From positions 24,708 to 88,707 of the forward strand of contig JADFZU010000003.1 of the NCBI GenBank assembly GCA_015232365.1: DNA of 64,000 bases, given 5' to 3'. Both the position numbers and the translations under genes were made by a program. The stretch comes from Magnetococcales bacterium. Its GTDB lineage: Bacteria; Pseudomonadota; Magnetococcia; Magnetococcales; JADFYX01. Positions 17,001-25,502 of this stretch are shown here, piece after piece (position 1 is the stretch's first letter; the number at the start of each line of letters is the position of its first letter). The notes under the pieces were generated by a model that ran no database searches, was not told where the DNA came from, and saw only the letters and a list, made by a program, of their open reading frames with translations.

Positions 17001-19116
17001 CTCAGACGTTGGTTACCTGCTCCACGGCATAAAGGGTTTTGCTGTACACATAGGAGCTATATCACTATTTGAAGCTATAGAGGTTTTTGAAGAGGAGATC
17101 AAACAAGGCTCCAAGGAGGGTCGCCTAGCGGCAATGAGAACATTTTCCAACCGTTTAAACTCCATCATCGATGGTTTAGGGGGCATTAAAGAGATAGAGT
17201 TTGTTCCGGCGGTTGACAAGCATATCATGAGAAATGTTCACATTGAGTTTGATAGAGAGATAATCGCACCACTGGTAAAAGAGTTGGGAAGCCATCTTAA
17301 ATATAACAGTCTAGGCTTTGAAAAATCATTAGAGAAGATAAAAGCAATACTAGAACCAACCCCAACAAATATTCTACTTCTGGAGATGGAGAAACACATA
17401 AAGGACTACCATTTTCATGAGGCGTTTGATGTTCTCAGCAAAATAATAATCCTACTTGATATTGATGTCTCAATAGATACCCAACCCAATCTAGAAAAAA
17501 ACCAGGATTCAGTTCTTATTGTTGATGATCAACGCAGTAATATTGATCTATTAAAAAATATATTGACCGAGTTTAATCTTTTTGTCGCTCTGGATGGTCG
17601 CAAAGCTCTTGAGGTTGCCGGTTTTTCAGTGCCAATTGATCTGATTTTGCTTGATATCATGATGCCGGAAATGAATGGGTACGAGGTCTGCCGCCAACTA
17701 AAAAACAACCAATATACAAAAGAGATTTCTGTCATTTTTGTTACGGCAAAAAAAGAGACCTCCGATGAGTCAGAGGGGTTTGCCGTAGGCGGTGTTGATT
17801 ATATTACAAAACCCTTCAGCTCAGAGATTATTAAACATCGAGTTGCTAGCTGTTTAGAGTTGAAACGTTATAGAAATCAGTTGGAACAAATGGTTGAGTC
17901 GAAAACCATTGAACTTGCTGCTGCTACAAAAAAAGCTGAAGAGAGAAAAGAGGCTGCTGAGTCAGGCAACAGGGCAAAAAGTGATTTTCTTTCACGCATG
18001 AGCCACGAAATCAGGACTCCTCTAAATGCAATTCTAGGAATGGGAGAGTTGGTTTTAGAGACTGATCTAGATGAAGAGCAGTGCAAGTATATACAAGTAT
18101 CCCAAAGAGCCGGTCAATCACTTCATGCTCTGGTAAATGATATTCTGGATCTTTCGAAAATTGAAGCAGGACAGATGCTCCTTGAAATATCAAAATTTGA
18201 TATTATAAGCGTCCTTAACGATGTCTATCACATTCAGAAAATAAATAGCGAAAATAAAGGGATAAAATTACTGCTGGATATAGACCAAAAATCTTCTATT
18301 AATTTAGAAGGTGATCCAAACCGTATTAAACAGATTCTCTTAAACCTTGTGAATAATGCAATCAAGTTCACTGAAGAGGGAGAGGTGACAATTTCCTTTG
18401 AACAGAGAGAAGAGCATATGTTCTGCTTTATAGTTAGTGATACCGGTATTGGTATGCAAGCAGAACATATTGAAAGGATTTTTCAACCGTTTATCCAGTG
18501 TGACTCATCAACAACAAGAAAGTTTGGCGGAACCGGGTTGGGGCTGGCAATATGTCACCATTTAGTTGCTGCAATGAACGGGAAACTTGAAGTCTTCAGT
18601 GAGCCAGGAAAAGGCAGCACATTTATAGTTACCTTGCCTTTGGTACCAGCGGACGAGCCTCTTATAGAGCTTTCAAACCAACCTTTTCATTATAAAACTG
18701 CTAAATCTGAGCAAGACTCAAAAACAGATCCTGGAATGAAAATTATGATTGTCGATGATACCGAAGAGAATATAATAGTATTGGAAGGCTATCTAAAAAA
18801 TTCACCCCATAAATTTTTGTCACTGGGAAATGGCCAGGAGGCTTTTGAAGCATATAAAAATGGTGATTTTGATTTGATATTGATGGATATGTTAATGCCG
18901 GTTATGGATGGATATGAAGCAACAAGAGCAATTAGGGACTTGGAACAAAAGATGAATCGTCCACAGACCCCAATTATTGCCATAACTGCTCAAGCGTTAA
19001 AAGAGGATAAAGCCAGGACATTAGAGGCTGGATGTAGTTATCATTTAACCAAGCCGATAAGAAAGAAAGTTTTGTTTGAGATTATTGATAAGTTTAGCAA
19101 CCAAATCAAAAATTAG
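14056..19116 (+). CDS. Giant cytoplasmic hybrid histidine kinase with two complete kinase cores (pseudoREC-REC-PAS-HisKA/HATPase-REC-REC-Hpt-REC-HisKA/HATPase-REC)
   Basis: H-boxes [10 protein letters not shown] (nt 15259) and [10 protein letters not shown] (nt 17998). G2 boxes GTGLGLSICK (15802) and GTGLGLAICH (18529). Hpt HGIKGFAVHIGA (His codon at 17023). Receiver acceptor motifs AISDYQMPNMDG, FIDWDMPGKDG, LMDIDMPVLDG, LLDIMMPEMNG, LMDMLMPVMDG. No hydrophobic segments. Confidence 0.9.
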   Translation: MDSILLVDESNSFSTMFIYMVAETLNVNIVVADSYAQTVELINSAQEVFSTAVVMHSLHDAANGEAVDFVISQGIPCFVLLDANKKDLRDQLLNTGVLDCFFKDSHRVVNSIIRAVGKYLRNKLMHILVIDDSKSIRVHLEQLLSRHGYVVFLAEDGREALKVIAGQKIHLAISDYQMPNMDGLQFVKKLRTKFLPDELGVIGLSSFENSDLAVQFMKFGANDFLVKPFKPEELLCRVSQNIELIERRKELGSLIERHRSILTHALDAIITTDDTGRVLDYNPAAELLFGHKKESVLGQNIDQLIVPAEYIEQHKKALKHRSTLSHDLPSIKRRIELPGVRSDGKIVDLQISLTSNIADHKINYTAFIQDITDKKQLLTSLQETLNVAESANLAKDEFLANMSHEIRTPMNAVLGFTELALKAELPKRVQDYLEKIENASRSLMGVINDILDFSKVDTGHMQLDPVKFDLQQLFDHLADLFSKQIADKHIELVFLVPDAFDKVLFGDVLRLEQILINLIRNAIKFTSKGSIIVQCTPELADDNHYNLKYSVTDDGIGIEEEVLPNLFDPFVQADGSTTRKYGGTGLGLSICKKLVTLMGGNIGVTSTLGEGSEVFFNVLVSLVSENKRAKDSIPKELWNKKTLLVDDHPQCQKQISGLLESVNLIPTLSSSGKEALTELVNGIKADAPYELLFIDWDMPGKDGITSIVEISATIKAAFPEAQLPTIFLLTPFGIEYIKTESEKLGIPNFIDKPVTRARLIRGILQAYEEKPNSVKIREHIILGHEVDTGEKICGGRILLVEDNDINQQVALGLLHRVGLIVDIANNGQEALSMIKQLRYDAILMDIDMPVLDGLATTRQIRLDEQFKDIGIVAMTTNSEADEIKLCFDAGMDSFLNKPIRPERLYGVLAKLINKVDINVSPDFLTKESNSDDLPNIVGIDIQDGLSRAAGNKRLYRRILSRFLKEHKYTTEKVRQAMNGGNLSDVGYLLHGIKGFAVHIGAISLFEAIEVFEEEIKQGSKEGRLAAMRTFSNRLNSIIDGLGGIKEIEFVPAVDKHIMRNVHIEFDREIIAPLVKELGSHLKYNSLGFEKSLEKIKAILEPTPTNILLLEMEKHIKDYHFHEAFDVLSKIIILLDIDVSIDTQPNLEKNQDSVLIVDDQRSNIDLLKNILTEFNLFVALDGRKALEVAGFSVPIDLILLDIMMPEMNGYEVCRQLKNNQYTKEISVIFVTAKKETSDESEGFAVGGVDYITKPFSSEIIKHRVASCLELKRYRNQLEQMVESKTIELAAATKKAEERKEAAESGNRAKSDFLSRMSHEIRTPLNAILGMGELVLETDLDEEQCKYIQVSQRAGQSLHALVNDILDLSKIEAGQMLLEISKFDIISVLNDVYHIQKINSENKGIKLLLDIDQKSSINLEGDPNRIKQILLNLVNNAIKFTEEGEVTISFEQREEHMFCFIVSDTGIGMQAEHIERIFQPFIQCDSSTTRKFGGTGLGLAICHHLVAAMNGKLEVFSEPGKGSTFIVTLPLVPADEPLIELSNQPFHYKTAKSEQDSKTDPGMKIMIVDDTEENIIVLEGYLKNSPHKFLSLGNGQEAFEAYKNGDFDLILMDMLMPVMDGYEATRAIRDLEQKMNRPQTPIIAITAQALKEDKARTLEAGCSYHLTKPIRKKVLFEIIDKFSNQIKN

Positions 19117-19124
19117 GTGGAAGT

Positions 19125-19538
19125 ATGTCAAAGAACAGTAGTTACCATAGTACCACAAACCAAGAGAAACCCAACACTGAAGCCAGGTCTTCAGCTATCA
19201 ACCATAAGACATGGGAAACACTGCGTGAGGATCTTGGTGGAAATATTGATATGCTTACACAAAAGTTTTTACAGAAGTTGGATGGTCGTACTGAGAGTAT
19301 TTTGGCGGCAATTTCTGTAAATGATAGTGAGGCACTTAGAAACGAAGCCCACGCACTAAAAGGAACATCTGCAACCATTGGTGCTGAACTGCTATCACAG
19401 TTGTGCCGGCAACTAGAAGAGTGCGGAAAAAAAAATGATTTTGCACCAACCGAGGAGTTAAAAACTCTTCTATTGGCGGAAGCTAAGCTGGTTAGAGACT
19501 GTCTAGAAAACATTATTAAAGGCCAAAACAAAAGCTAA
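19125..19538 (+). CDS. Stand-alone histidine phosphotransfer (Hpt) protein
   Basis: 137 aa with EAHALKGTSATIGA (Hpt HxxKG motif). AGGTGGA SD. Starts 8 nt after the kinase stop. Confidence 0.85.
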   Translation: MSKNSSYHSTTNQEKPNTEARSSAINHKTWETLREDLGGNIDMLTQKFLQKLDGRTESILAAISVNDSEALRNEAHALKGTSATIGAELLSQLCRQLEECGKKNDFAPTEELKTLLLAEAKLVRDCLENIIKGQNKS

Positions 19539-19597
19539 CATTTAACTGGGGGAAGTTAGTTGTGGTTATTTTAGAATAATTGGAGCAAAAAAGGGCG

Positions 19598-21091
19598 ATG
19601 AGTAAAACAAACATACCAACAAAACCTCTGATTCTCGTAGCAGATGATGATGACTTCATGTTGGATGCAATCACAATGTTTCTAACCAATGCTGGTTATG
19701 AAGTAATTGAAACTGCAAATGGTCAAGAGGCGTTCCAGGCTTTTGTGAGTCGCCGTCCAGATTTAGTCCTGTTGGATGGACAAATGCCGGTAATGGATGG
19801 CTTTGAAGCGTGCCGGAGAATAAAAGCAGACACCTTTGGTGCTCAAACACCTGTAATCATGATTACCGCCTTAGACGATGATCAATCGGTCAACAATGCT
19901 TTTCTCGTTGGTGCTCAGGAGTTTATCACCAAGCCCATTCTCTGGTCTGTTCTAAAGCAGCGTATTCGGCTTCTATTAGATCAAAAAAGTGCCAATGCAG
20001 CGATTCGTGAACGGGATGAACTCATCGCTGTTTTTTTTGAACACACCCCGACGGCTGTAGCCATGTTTGACCCTGAGATGAAATATCTATTAGCCAGTCA
20101 ACGCTGGTTGAAAGATTATAATTTAGAAGGCAAACCTATCATTGGAAAGTCCCACTACAAACTGCTTCCTAATGAGCCATCACGCTGGCAGGATATTCAC
20201 AAGAGCTGTCTCAAAGGTAATATAGAGCGTAGTGAAGCTGAGCTTATTGATGATAACTGGTATAGGTGGGAAGCTCTGCCTTGGCAGAAAAAGGCAGAAG
20301 ACGCAGGTGGTATTTTGATGTTTACAGAGAACATAACCCCACAAAAAGAGATGGAAGATGAGATAAAGGCCCATAGAGACAGGCTAACTTTTGAGAGGGA
20401 GATAATTGAAGAGATAATCAACAAAATGCGAGCATCAAAGCGTTTTGACCCTACAAACCTTCGTTATATTCAAGCGTCAGCAGAAACAAGTTCTGGAGAC
20501 CTTCTCCTCTCAGCCTTCCGTTCTGATGGAGCACAACATGTTGTTTTGGGAGATTTTACCGGCCACGGACTTCCAGCAGCAGTTGGCGGACCAATTGTTT
20601 CAGATATTTTCTACTCCATGACCAAAAAGGAGATGCATCTTTCAAGAATTCTTCTTGAGATTAACGACCAGCTTGTCGAAAAAACTCCTGTCAGCATGTT
20701 CATGGCTGCCGGTTTTCTTGAGCTGGACCCAGAACGGCGTACTCTTACCGTTTGGAACTGTGCTATTCCTTCTATTTTAATCTACCGCAACAAAAAAATA
20801 CTCCATAGGGTTGAGTCCGGGTATATGGCACCGGGAATGATGAGCAAAACCAATTCTAATGGTGTGGTTTTTTCTGTAGAGCCTGGAGATGTTGTTATTG
20901 CTTACACCGATGGTTTTATGGAAGAGACTGGTGAAGATGGGGAGATGTTCGGACAGAAAAAGTTTGAACTTTTGATCAGCAAAATGTTGGCACATGAAGA
21001 GCCTATGGAAACCTTAACAAAGACACTAAAATGCTTTAGGACTGGCCACGATCAGAGCGATGACATGACTATACTGGAACTAACCTGCTAA
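19598..21091 (+). CDS. Response regulator REC-PAS-PP2C (SpoIIE/RsbU-type) serine phosphatase
   Basis: REC ([24 protein letters not shown]), PAS (FFEHTPTAVAMFDPEMKYLLASQRW), PP2C (GDFTGHGLPAAVGG ... DDMTILEL). The ATG at 19598 has GGAG 12 nt upstream. I prefer it to the TTG at 19580 in the track. Confidence 0.85.
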   Translation: MSKTNIPTKPLILVADDDDFMLDAITMFLTNAGYEVIETANGQEAFQAFVSRRPDLVLLDGQMPVMDGFEACRRIKADTFGAQTPVIMITALDDDQSVNNAFLVGAQEFITKPILWSVLKQRIRLLLDQKSANAAIRERDELIAVFFEHTPTAVAMFDPEMKYLLASQRWLKDYNLEGKPIIGKSHYKLLPNEPSRWQDIHKSCLKGNIERSEAELIDDNWYRWEALPWQKKAEDAGGILMFTENITPQKEMEDEIKAHRDRLTFEREIIEEIINKMRASKRFDPTNLRYIQASAETSSGDLLLSAFRSDGAQHVVLGDFTGHGLPAAVGGPIVSDIFYSMTKKEMHLSRILLEINDQLVEKTPVSMFMAAGFLELDPERRTLTVWNCAIPSILIYRNKKILHRVESGYMAPGMMSKTNSNGVVFSVEPGDVVIAYTDGFMEETGEDGEMFGQKKFELLISKMLAHEEPMETLTKTLKCFRTGHDQSDDMTILELTC

Positions 21092-21203
21092 CGGGACACC
21101 CCTTTCATGATATTTCACCATGGATTCATAAACCGGTTAAACAGTTTTTATCTGATTTAGATGATTAATCAATACTGTTTTGCCAGTAACGTGGGAATAA
21201 CTT

Positions 21204-22997
21204 TTAATCTAGGTTGAGAGCTGATTTTGCATTAGGTTCAAGGCACTTGAGATCAAGAATTATCAGATCATTAAAAGCAAATATTTTTAATTTTGGAATC
21301 AGACGAATCAACTCATAGCCGGCCTCTTTTCCAGCCAGCCTCTTCTTTTTAGCATACTCAAGAAATGGGGCGAAATACCTTAATTTGCCATCTTCAAAAT
21401 GTCTCTTATCAATGACAATATGGGTTACACCGTAGCTGTCTCTCAAACTTTTAATAGCATCCAGGTCTGTCGAAAAATAGGCATCTATAAATTTGTAAGT
21501 TCTTTCGCCGGTTATGTCAGAGATTTTTTTAAGAACCGGGAAGGCGTACTCATTGGAGATAAATATGGAGCGCCTGGCAAGAAACGGCAGGGACTCAACA
21601 ATGCTTTTCGGCCAGGCGGCAATCATCACATCTTTTGGTAAAGTTTGCACATATTCAATAATAGGCTCGTACTCCATAAGATCTTTATCAATGCCTATTT
21701 TAACCTTACCTTTTCCACCCAAAACCAATAGAGCACAAACCCCAACAAACAGAACAAAAAATTGTCGGGAGTAACGCTTGGTAAAAAGTGAAATATTAAA
21801 CCGGCTACCAAGAAAACCAACCATAGAATATGTAACCGCTGGCAAGGCAACCAATAGAAACGGTGGCAAGGTAGCAGAGAGATATCGCACCGGTAGATAT
21901 AGCCGTGGCACTAACGGAATCGAGACGATATAACCAAGACAACCGGCAGCAAAAATTATTAATAGAATCTGCCCTCCCGGATTTTTAGCAAGAGCCAACA
22001 GATAACCGACAAAAACAAAACCCAGCAATAGAACTACGACAACATAATCACGATTTATTCCTCTATCTTTAAGCCACCATTTACCGCTAGTTCGCAGAGC
22101 ATAATTCCACTCTTCTCCCCACCTTAAATCAGTCAAAGTTTCCAGGGATATATTCTTGATTGTCAAAGAGAGAGGTTGAATCGGAATACATGGGCTATTC
22201 TCCCCCATGCGACCATTCGGCCCCATCTCCTCATATTCGTCACAATACTCTGTGGTTAAAAGTGGTCCATGGGCACTGTTTTCCATCAGATGTTTAGCTT
22301 CAACTGCAACAAACAGCAGAGCCGTGACAGCCAAAAAAACAGCCCGCCGCTTGAATGACCAACCTTCTGCCTCACCACGAAGGTTTTGCGGCCAGACCAT
22401 CAACCATAAAAACAGTATAATACTGACTATAAACCCTGAAGGAGGGTAAACAGAGACCCCCAACAGACAGATAAACGCCACTGCTTTCAAACGCCTGAAT
22501 AACATTGCCGCAAGAGAAAGAGCGATTACAGGAAAGATAAATGTTCTAGTGAGGCCGCTTAAATCCGGCCCTCTGGAAAGAAGCAGTGCGATAGTGACCC
22601 ACGCCCCACTCCACCCGCTAAGACGGTAGGAAGCCATACCTATAGCAACCAAACCTATAAAAAAAAGGATGATTCCTACAGTATTGAAATTAGAGTACGG
22701 GTCGCTAAATAATCCTGCAAATTTGTAAATAAGATAAAAACCAATAGGTGTGGTTTTTTCAATATAGTCGACTATATAATCGTTTGGAAAAAGTTCAGCA
22801 TCTATAATGCGAAGTAGAGGAACCCCAAAGCTACGGAGATCTGAGCTAAAAATATATGGGTCATATAGAGACTCAATATAGCCTTGCCAGACAGGCCCAT
22901 ATAAAAAACCCAAGGAGAGGAACAAGATGAATAAGCACTTCCAACAAAAAGCTGGCCGCTCCTCTTCTAGATACTCTCCATCCTTTTGGTTGGACAT
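21204..22997 (-). CDS. Polytopic membrane protein with C-terminal soluble domain (unknown function)
   Basis: Many hydrophobic helices over about 420 aa, then a hydrophilic ~170-aa tail. The ATG at 22997 is preceded by GAGG with a 7-nt spacer. The track start at 23054 is a GTG with no SD. Confidence 0.6.
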   Translation of the reverse strand: MSNQKDGEYLEEERPAFCWKCLFILFLSLGFLYGPVWQGYIESLYDPYIFSSDLRSFGVPLLRIIDAELFPNDYIVDYIEKTTPIGFYLIYKFAGLFSDPYSNFNTVGIILFFIGLVAIGMASYRLSGWSGAWVTIALLLSRGPDLSGLTRTFIFPVIALSLAAMLFRRLKAVAFICLLGVSVYPPSGFIVSIILFLWLMVWPQNLRGEAEGWSFKRRAVFLAVTALLFVAVEAKHLMENSAHGPLLTTEYCDEYEEMGPNGRMGENSPCIPIQPLSLTIKNISLETLTDLRWGEEWNYALRTSGKWWLKDRGINRDYVVVVLLLGFVFVGYLLALAKNPGGQILLIIFAAGCLGYIVSIPLVPRLYLPVRYLSATLPPFLLVALPAVTYSMVGFLGSRFNISLFTKRYSRQFFVLFVGVCALLVLGGKGKVKIGIDKDLMEYEPIIEYVQTLPKDVMIAAWPKSIVESLPFLARRSIFISNEYAFPVLKKISDITGERTYKFIDAYFSTDLDAIKSLRDSYGVTHIVIDKRHFEDGKLRYFAPFLEYAKKKRLAGKEAGYELIRLIPKLKIFAFNDLIILDLKCLEPNAKSALNLD

Positions 22998-23496
22998 ATA
23001 AGAGCCTCGTTCATCGGCAAAATGTATGAAATGTGGATTGACAAACTTAAGCACTCGCTACTAACACGATAATCAGTATTTTTATAACATAGCATAGTAT
23101 AGTATAAGCTATAGATCTCACAATTGATTAAAAAATTCCCGCCTAATTCAGGTGAAAATACGATCAAAACTCTCTATGACCATAGCATTTTTGCAAGAAG
23201 TTTTCGAACTACCGTCTAAAAACATATATAATTCTAAAATTGGCAGTTGGGCCTACATTAAGTGCACATATAGGATGATCTTCTGCAAAGTCAAAAAAAA
23301 ACAACCAATATTAACAGTTATTAGCCCAGGCAGATCTATCTCTTTTTAAAAGAGTATATTTTTGGCTTTTCATTGTTATATAATAGATCTATTAAAAATG
23401 GATTGGTTTTAACATGGTTAACATGTTGATAGTTAACAGAACTAATCACCTGGTATTTTTACAAGCTCCAGTTTTGGCTCAAAACAAGGAAGAGTT

Positions 23497-25158
23497 ATGG
23501 ATGAGTTGAAAAAACAAGGGTTACAGAAAAAGCTTCTTGCCAGCCGCCTAAACTATATCAAGCAGTTGCCTGGCAAAATAGAGAAGATAGAAGAGACATG
23601 GGAGCTATTAACAGACAACCCTTGGAATGTGGAGCGTTTTCAAACATTTTACCGCATGGTTCACACCATTGCCGGCTCCGGTGGCACATTCGGTCTTCCA
23701 GAGCTAGGAGATGCAGCAAGACTGTTGGAAACAACAATAAAGCCCCAACTAGAAAGCGGTGAACAGCCATCTGATAAAGAGCGGGATAACATCATTCTCA
23801 ATCTTAAGCATCTCATTGCCATTTCAGAGACTTCATTACAAAAAACCGCCGAACCAACAGCAAAAAATGTATCTAAAAAAACTACTGTGGCAAAAAAAAG
23901 TCGACAGGAAAAAAGCTTGATCTATCTTGTCGATAATGATGAAAAAAACTCTAAGGACCTAGCTACTCAAATAGACAACTACGGCTACACTGTACAGACT
24001 TTCTCAACTCTATCCAAATTCAACAAAGCCTTTCAAGCAACGGTTCCAACTGTAATCATCATGGAGACACAACTTCCTGATGGTGATGGCTGCAAAGCTT
24101 TGAGTATTATTCATAAGGGTCAATCTCAATATATTCCAACTATATTCATAACAAAAAAGAGTGACTTAAATACCAGGCTCAAAACGGTGAAAGCCGGAGG
24201 GAGAGCATTTTTCAACAAACCGGTTAATGTTACAGATCTGATCGATGAACTAGACCAGATTGTTGATGTGAACGACAGCGAACCATTTCGTATTCTCATC
24301 GTTGATGATTCGGTATCCATGGCCAAATACTTCTCTCTGATTCTAAGGGATGCAGGGATGGATACAGTTGTGGTTACTGATCCACTTACGGTCATGGAAC
24401 CATTGGAGAGCTTCAGACCAGACCTGATCCTAATGGACCTCTACATGCCAGGCTGCTCAGGGCTTGAGCTAGCAAGAGTTATTCGGCAACAATCAGCTTT
24501 TGTGAGCATCCCTATTGTCTATCTATCCGGAGAGACCGATTTAAAAAAACAGCTTGCAGCCATGAGCCTTGGCGGTGATGATTTTCTCACAAAATCCATC
24601 CAGGCAGAACATTTGGTGTTGTCAGTAACCTCACGGGTTAAAAGGACACGGACATTGAGAAACTTTATGATCAGGGATGGTTTGACCGGACTGTATAACC
24701 ACACCCAGACAAAAGAGTTTCTAGACCTAGAAATAGAACGGGCTAAAAGAGATAGCAGGCCAATGGCTTTTGCCATGATTGATATTGACAAATTCAAGCT
24801 GGTCAATGATACCTACGGCCACCCAACTGGTGACCTGGTTATAAAAAGCCTGTCCCGGTTACTAAAGCAGCGGCTACGCAAAACTGATCTGGTTGGTCGC
24901 TATGGTGGTGAAGAGTTTGCGATTATTCTAATCAATACCGGTGCCGAAACAGCAGAGCGAATTTTTAATGAACTTCGAGTTGCATTTGCAAAAATTCAAC
25001 ATAGATTCGAAGACATTGTTTTTAGCAAAACATTCTCTTGCGGCGTCGCCATCTACCCTGGTTATGAAGATGGAACAGCTATGAACAATGCTGCCGATGC
25101 TGCACTTTATAAAGCAAAAGATGGTGGGCGAAATCAGGTTGTATTTGCTAAAGAGTGA
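23497..25158 (+). CDS. Hpt - pseudo-receiver - REC - GGDEF diguanylate cyclase
   Basis: Hpt motif HTIAGSGGTFGL. The first receiver-like domain has Glu at the acceptor position (VIIMETQLPDGDG). The second is canonical (ILIVDDS, LMDLYMPGCSG). The GGDEF domain has GGEEF and an RKTD I-site 5 aa upstream. Confidence 0.85.
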   Translation: MDELKKQGLQKKLLASRLNYIKQLPGKIEKIEETWELLTDNPWNVERFQTFYRMVHTIAGSGGTFGLPELGDAARLLETTIKPQLESGEQPSDKERDNIILNLKHLIAISETSLQKTAEPTAKNVSKKTTVAKKSRQEKSLIYLVDNDEKNSKDLATQIDNYGYTVQTFSTLSKFNKAFQATVPTVIIMETQLPDGDGCKALSIIHKGQSQYIPTIFITKKSDLNTRLKTVKAGGRAFFNKPVNVTDLIDELDQIVDVNDSEPFRILIVDDSVSMAKYFSLILRDAGMDTVVVTDPLTVMEPLESFRPDLILMDLYMPGCSGLELARVIRQQSAFVSIPIVYLSGETDLKKQLAAMSLGGDDFLTKSIQAEHLVLSVTSRVKRTRTLRNFMIRDGLTGLYNHTQTKEFLDLEIERAKRDSRPMAFAMIDIDKFKLVNDTYGHPTGDLVIKSLSRLLKQRLRKTDLVGRYGGEEFAIILINTGAETAERIFNELRVAFAKIQHRFEDIVFSKTFSCGVAIYPGYEDGTAMNNAADAALYKAKDGGRNQVVFAKE

Positions 25159-25377
25159 TTGATAAAAAATTATCTAGAGATAATATGGATTGTGAGTGTA
25201 ACATATGGAAAAATCCAGGCAGATGATTCCACCAATTGCATGGACAACAATAACTATCATAATGGTCCTGACGGCAAGAACCAGATTATTGTCGAAGGGA
25301 CGGTTAACGCCCTTATCATGATCAACAATAATTATAGATTCGGTAGTTGTGCGTGTATTAATGGCCCAACTGCCTAA

Positions 25378-25479
25378 TCCAGGTTAATTGAAAAACCTGG
25401 TAGCAGCACAGGTTTTGAGTCAAAACATGGTGATGGAATCGTTTTCTATTTTGATCTGCCAACTGCATCACAAACTTGA
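25378..25479 (+). pseudogene. Possible relic of the C-terminal end of a histidine-kinase ATPase domain
   Basis: Reads SRLIEKPGSSTGFESKHGDGIVFYFDLPTASQT-stop. Compare the intact kinases in this window: VESQLGDGSTFFFSIPF, FSEPGKGSTFIVTLPL. No upstream kinase sequence is recognisable, and a TAA lies immediately 5' in frame. Confidence 0.3.
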
Positions 25480-25502
25480 GAATTAGTTAAGGGGAAAAAA
25501 CC

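Noticed and set aside
25159-25377. 72-aa ORF (MIKNYLEIIWIV…) directly after the GGDEF gene
   Set aside because: TTG start, no SD, Asn-rich AT-driven composition. Only the segment after its stop (25378-25479) shows a recognisable kinase-like motif, so I treat the region as possible gene decay rather than a live gene.
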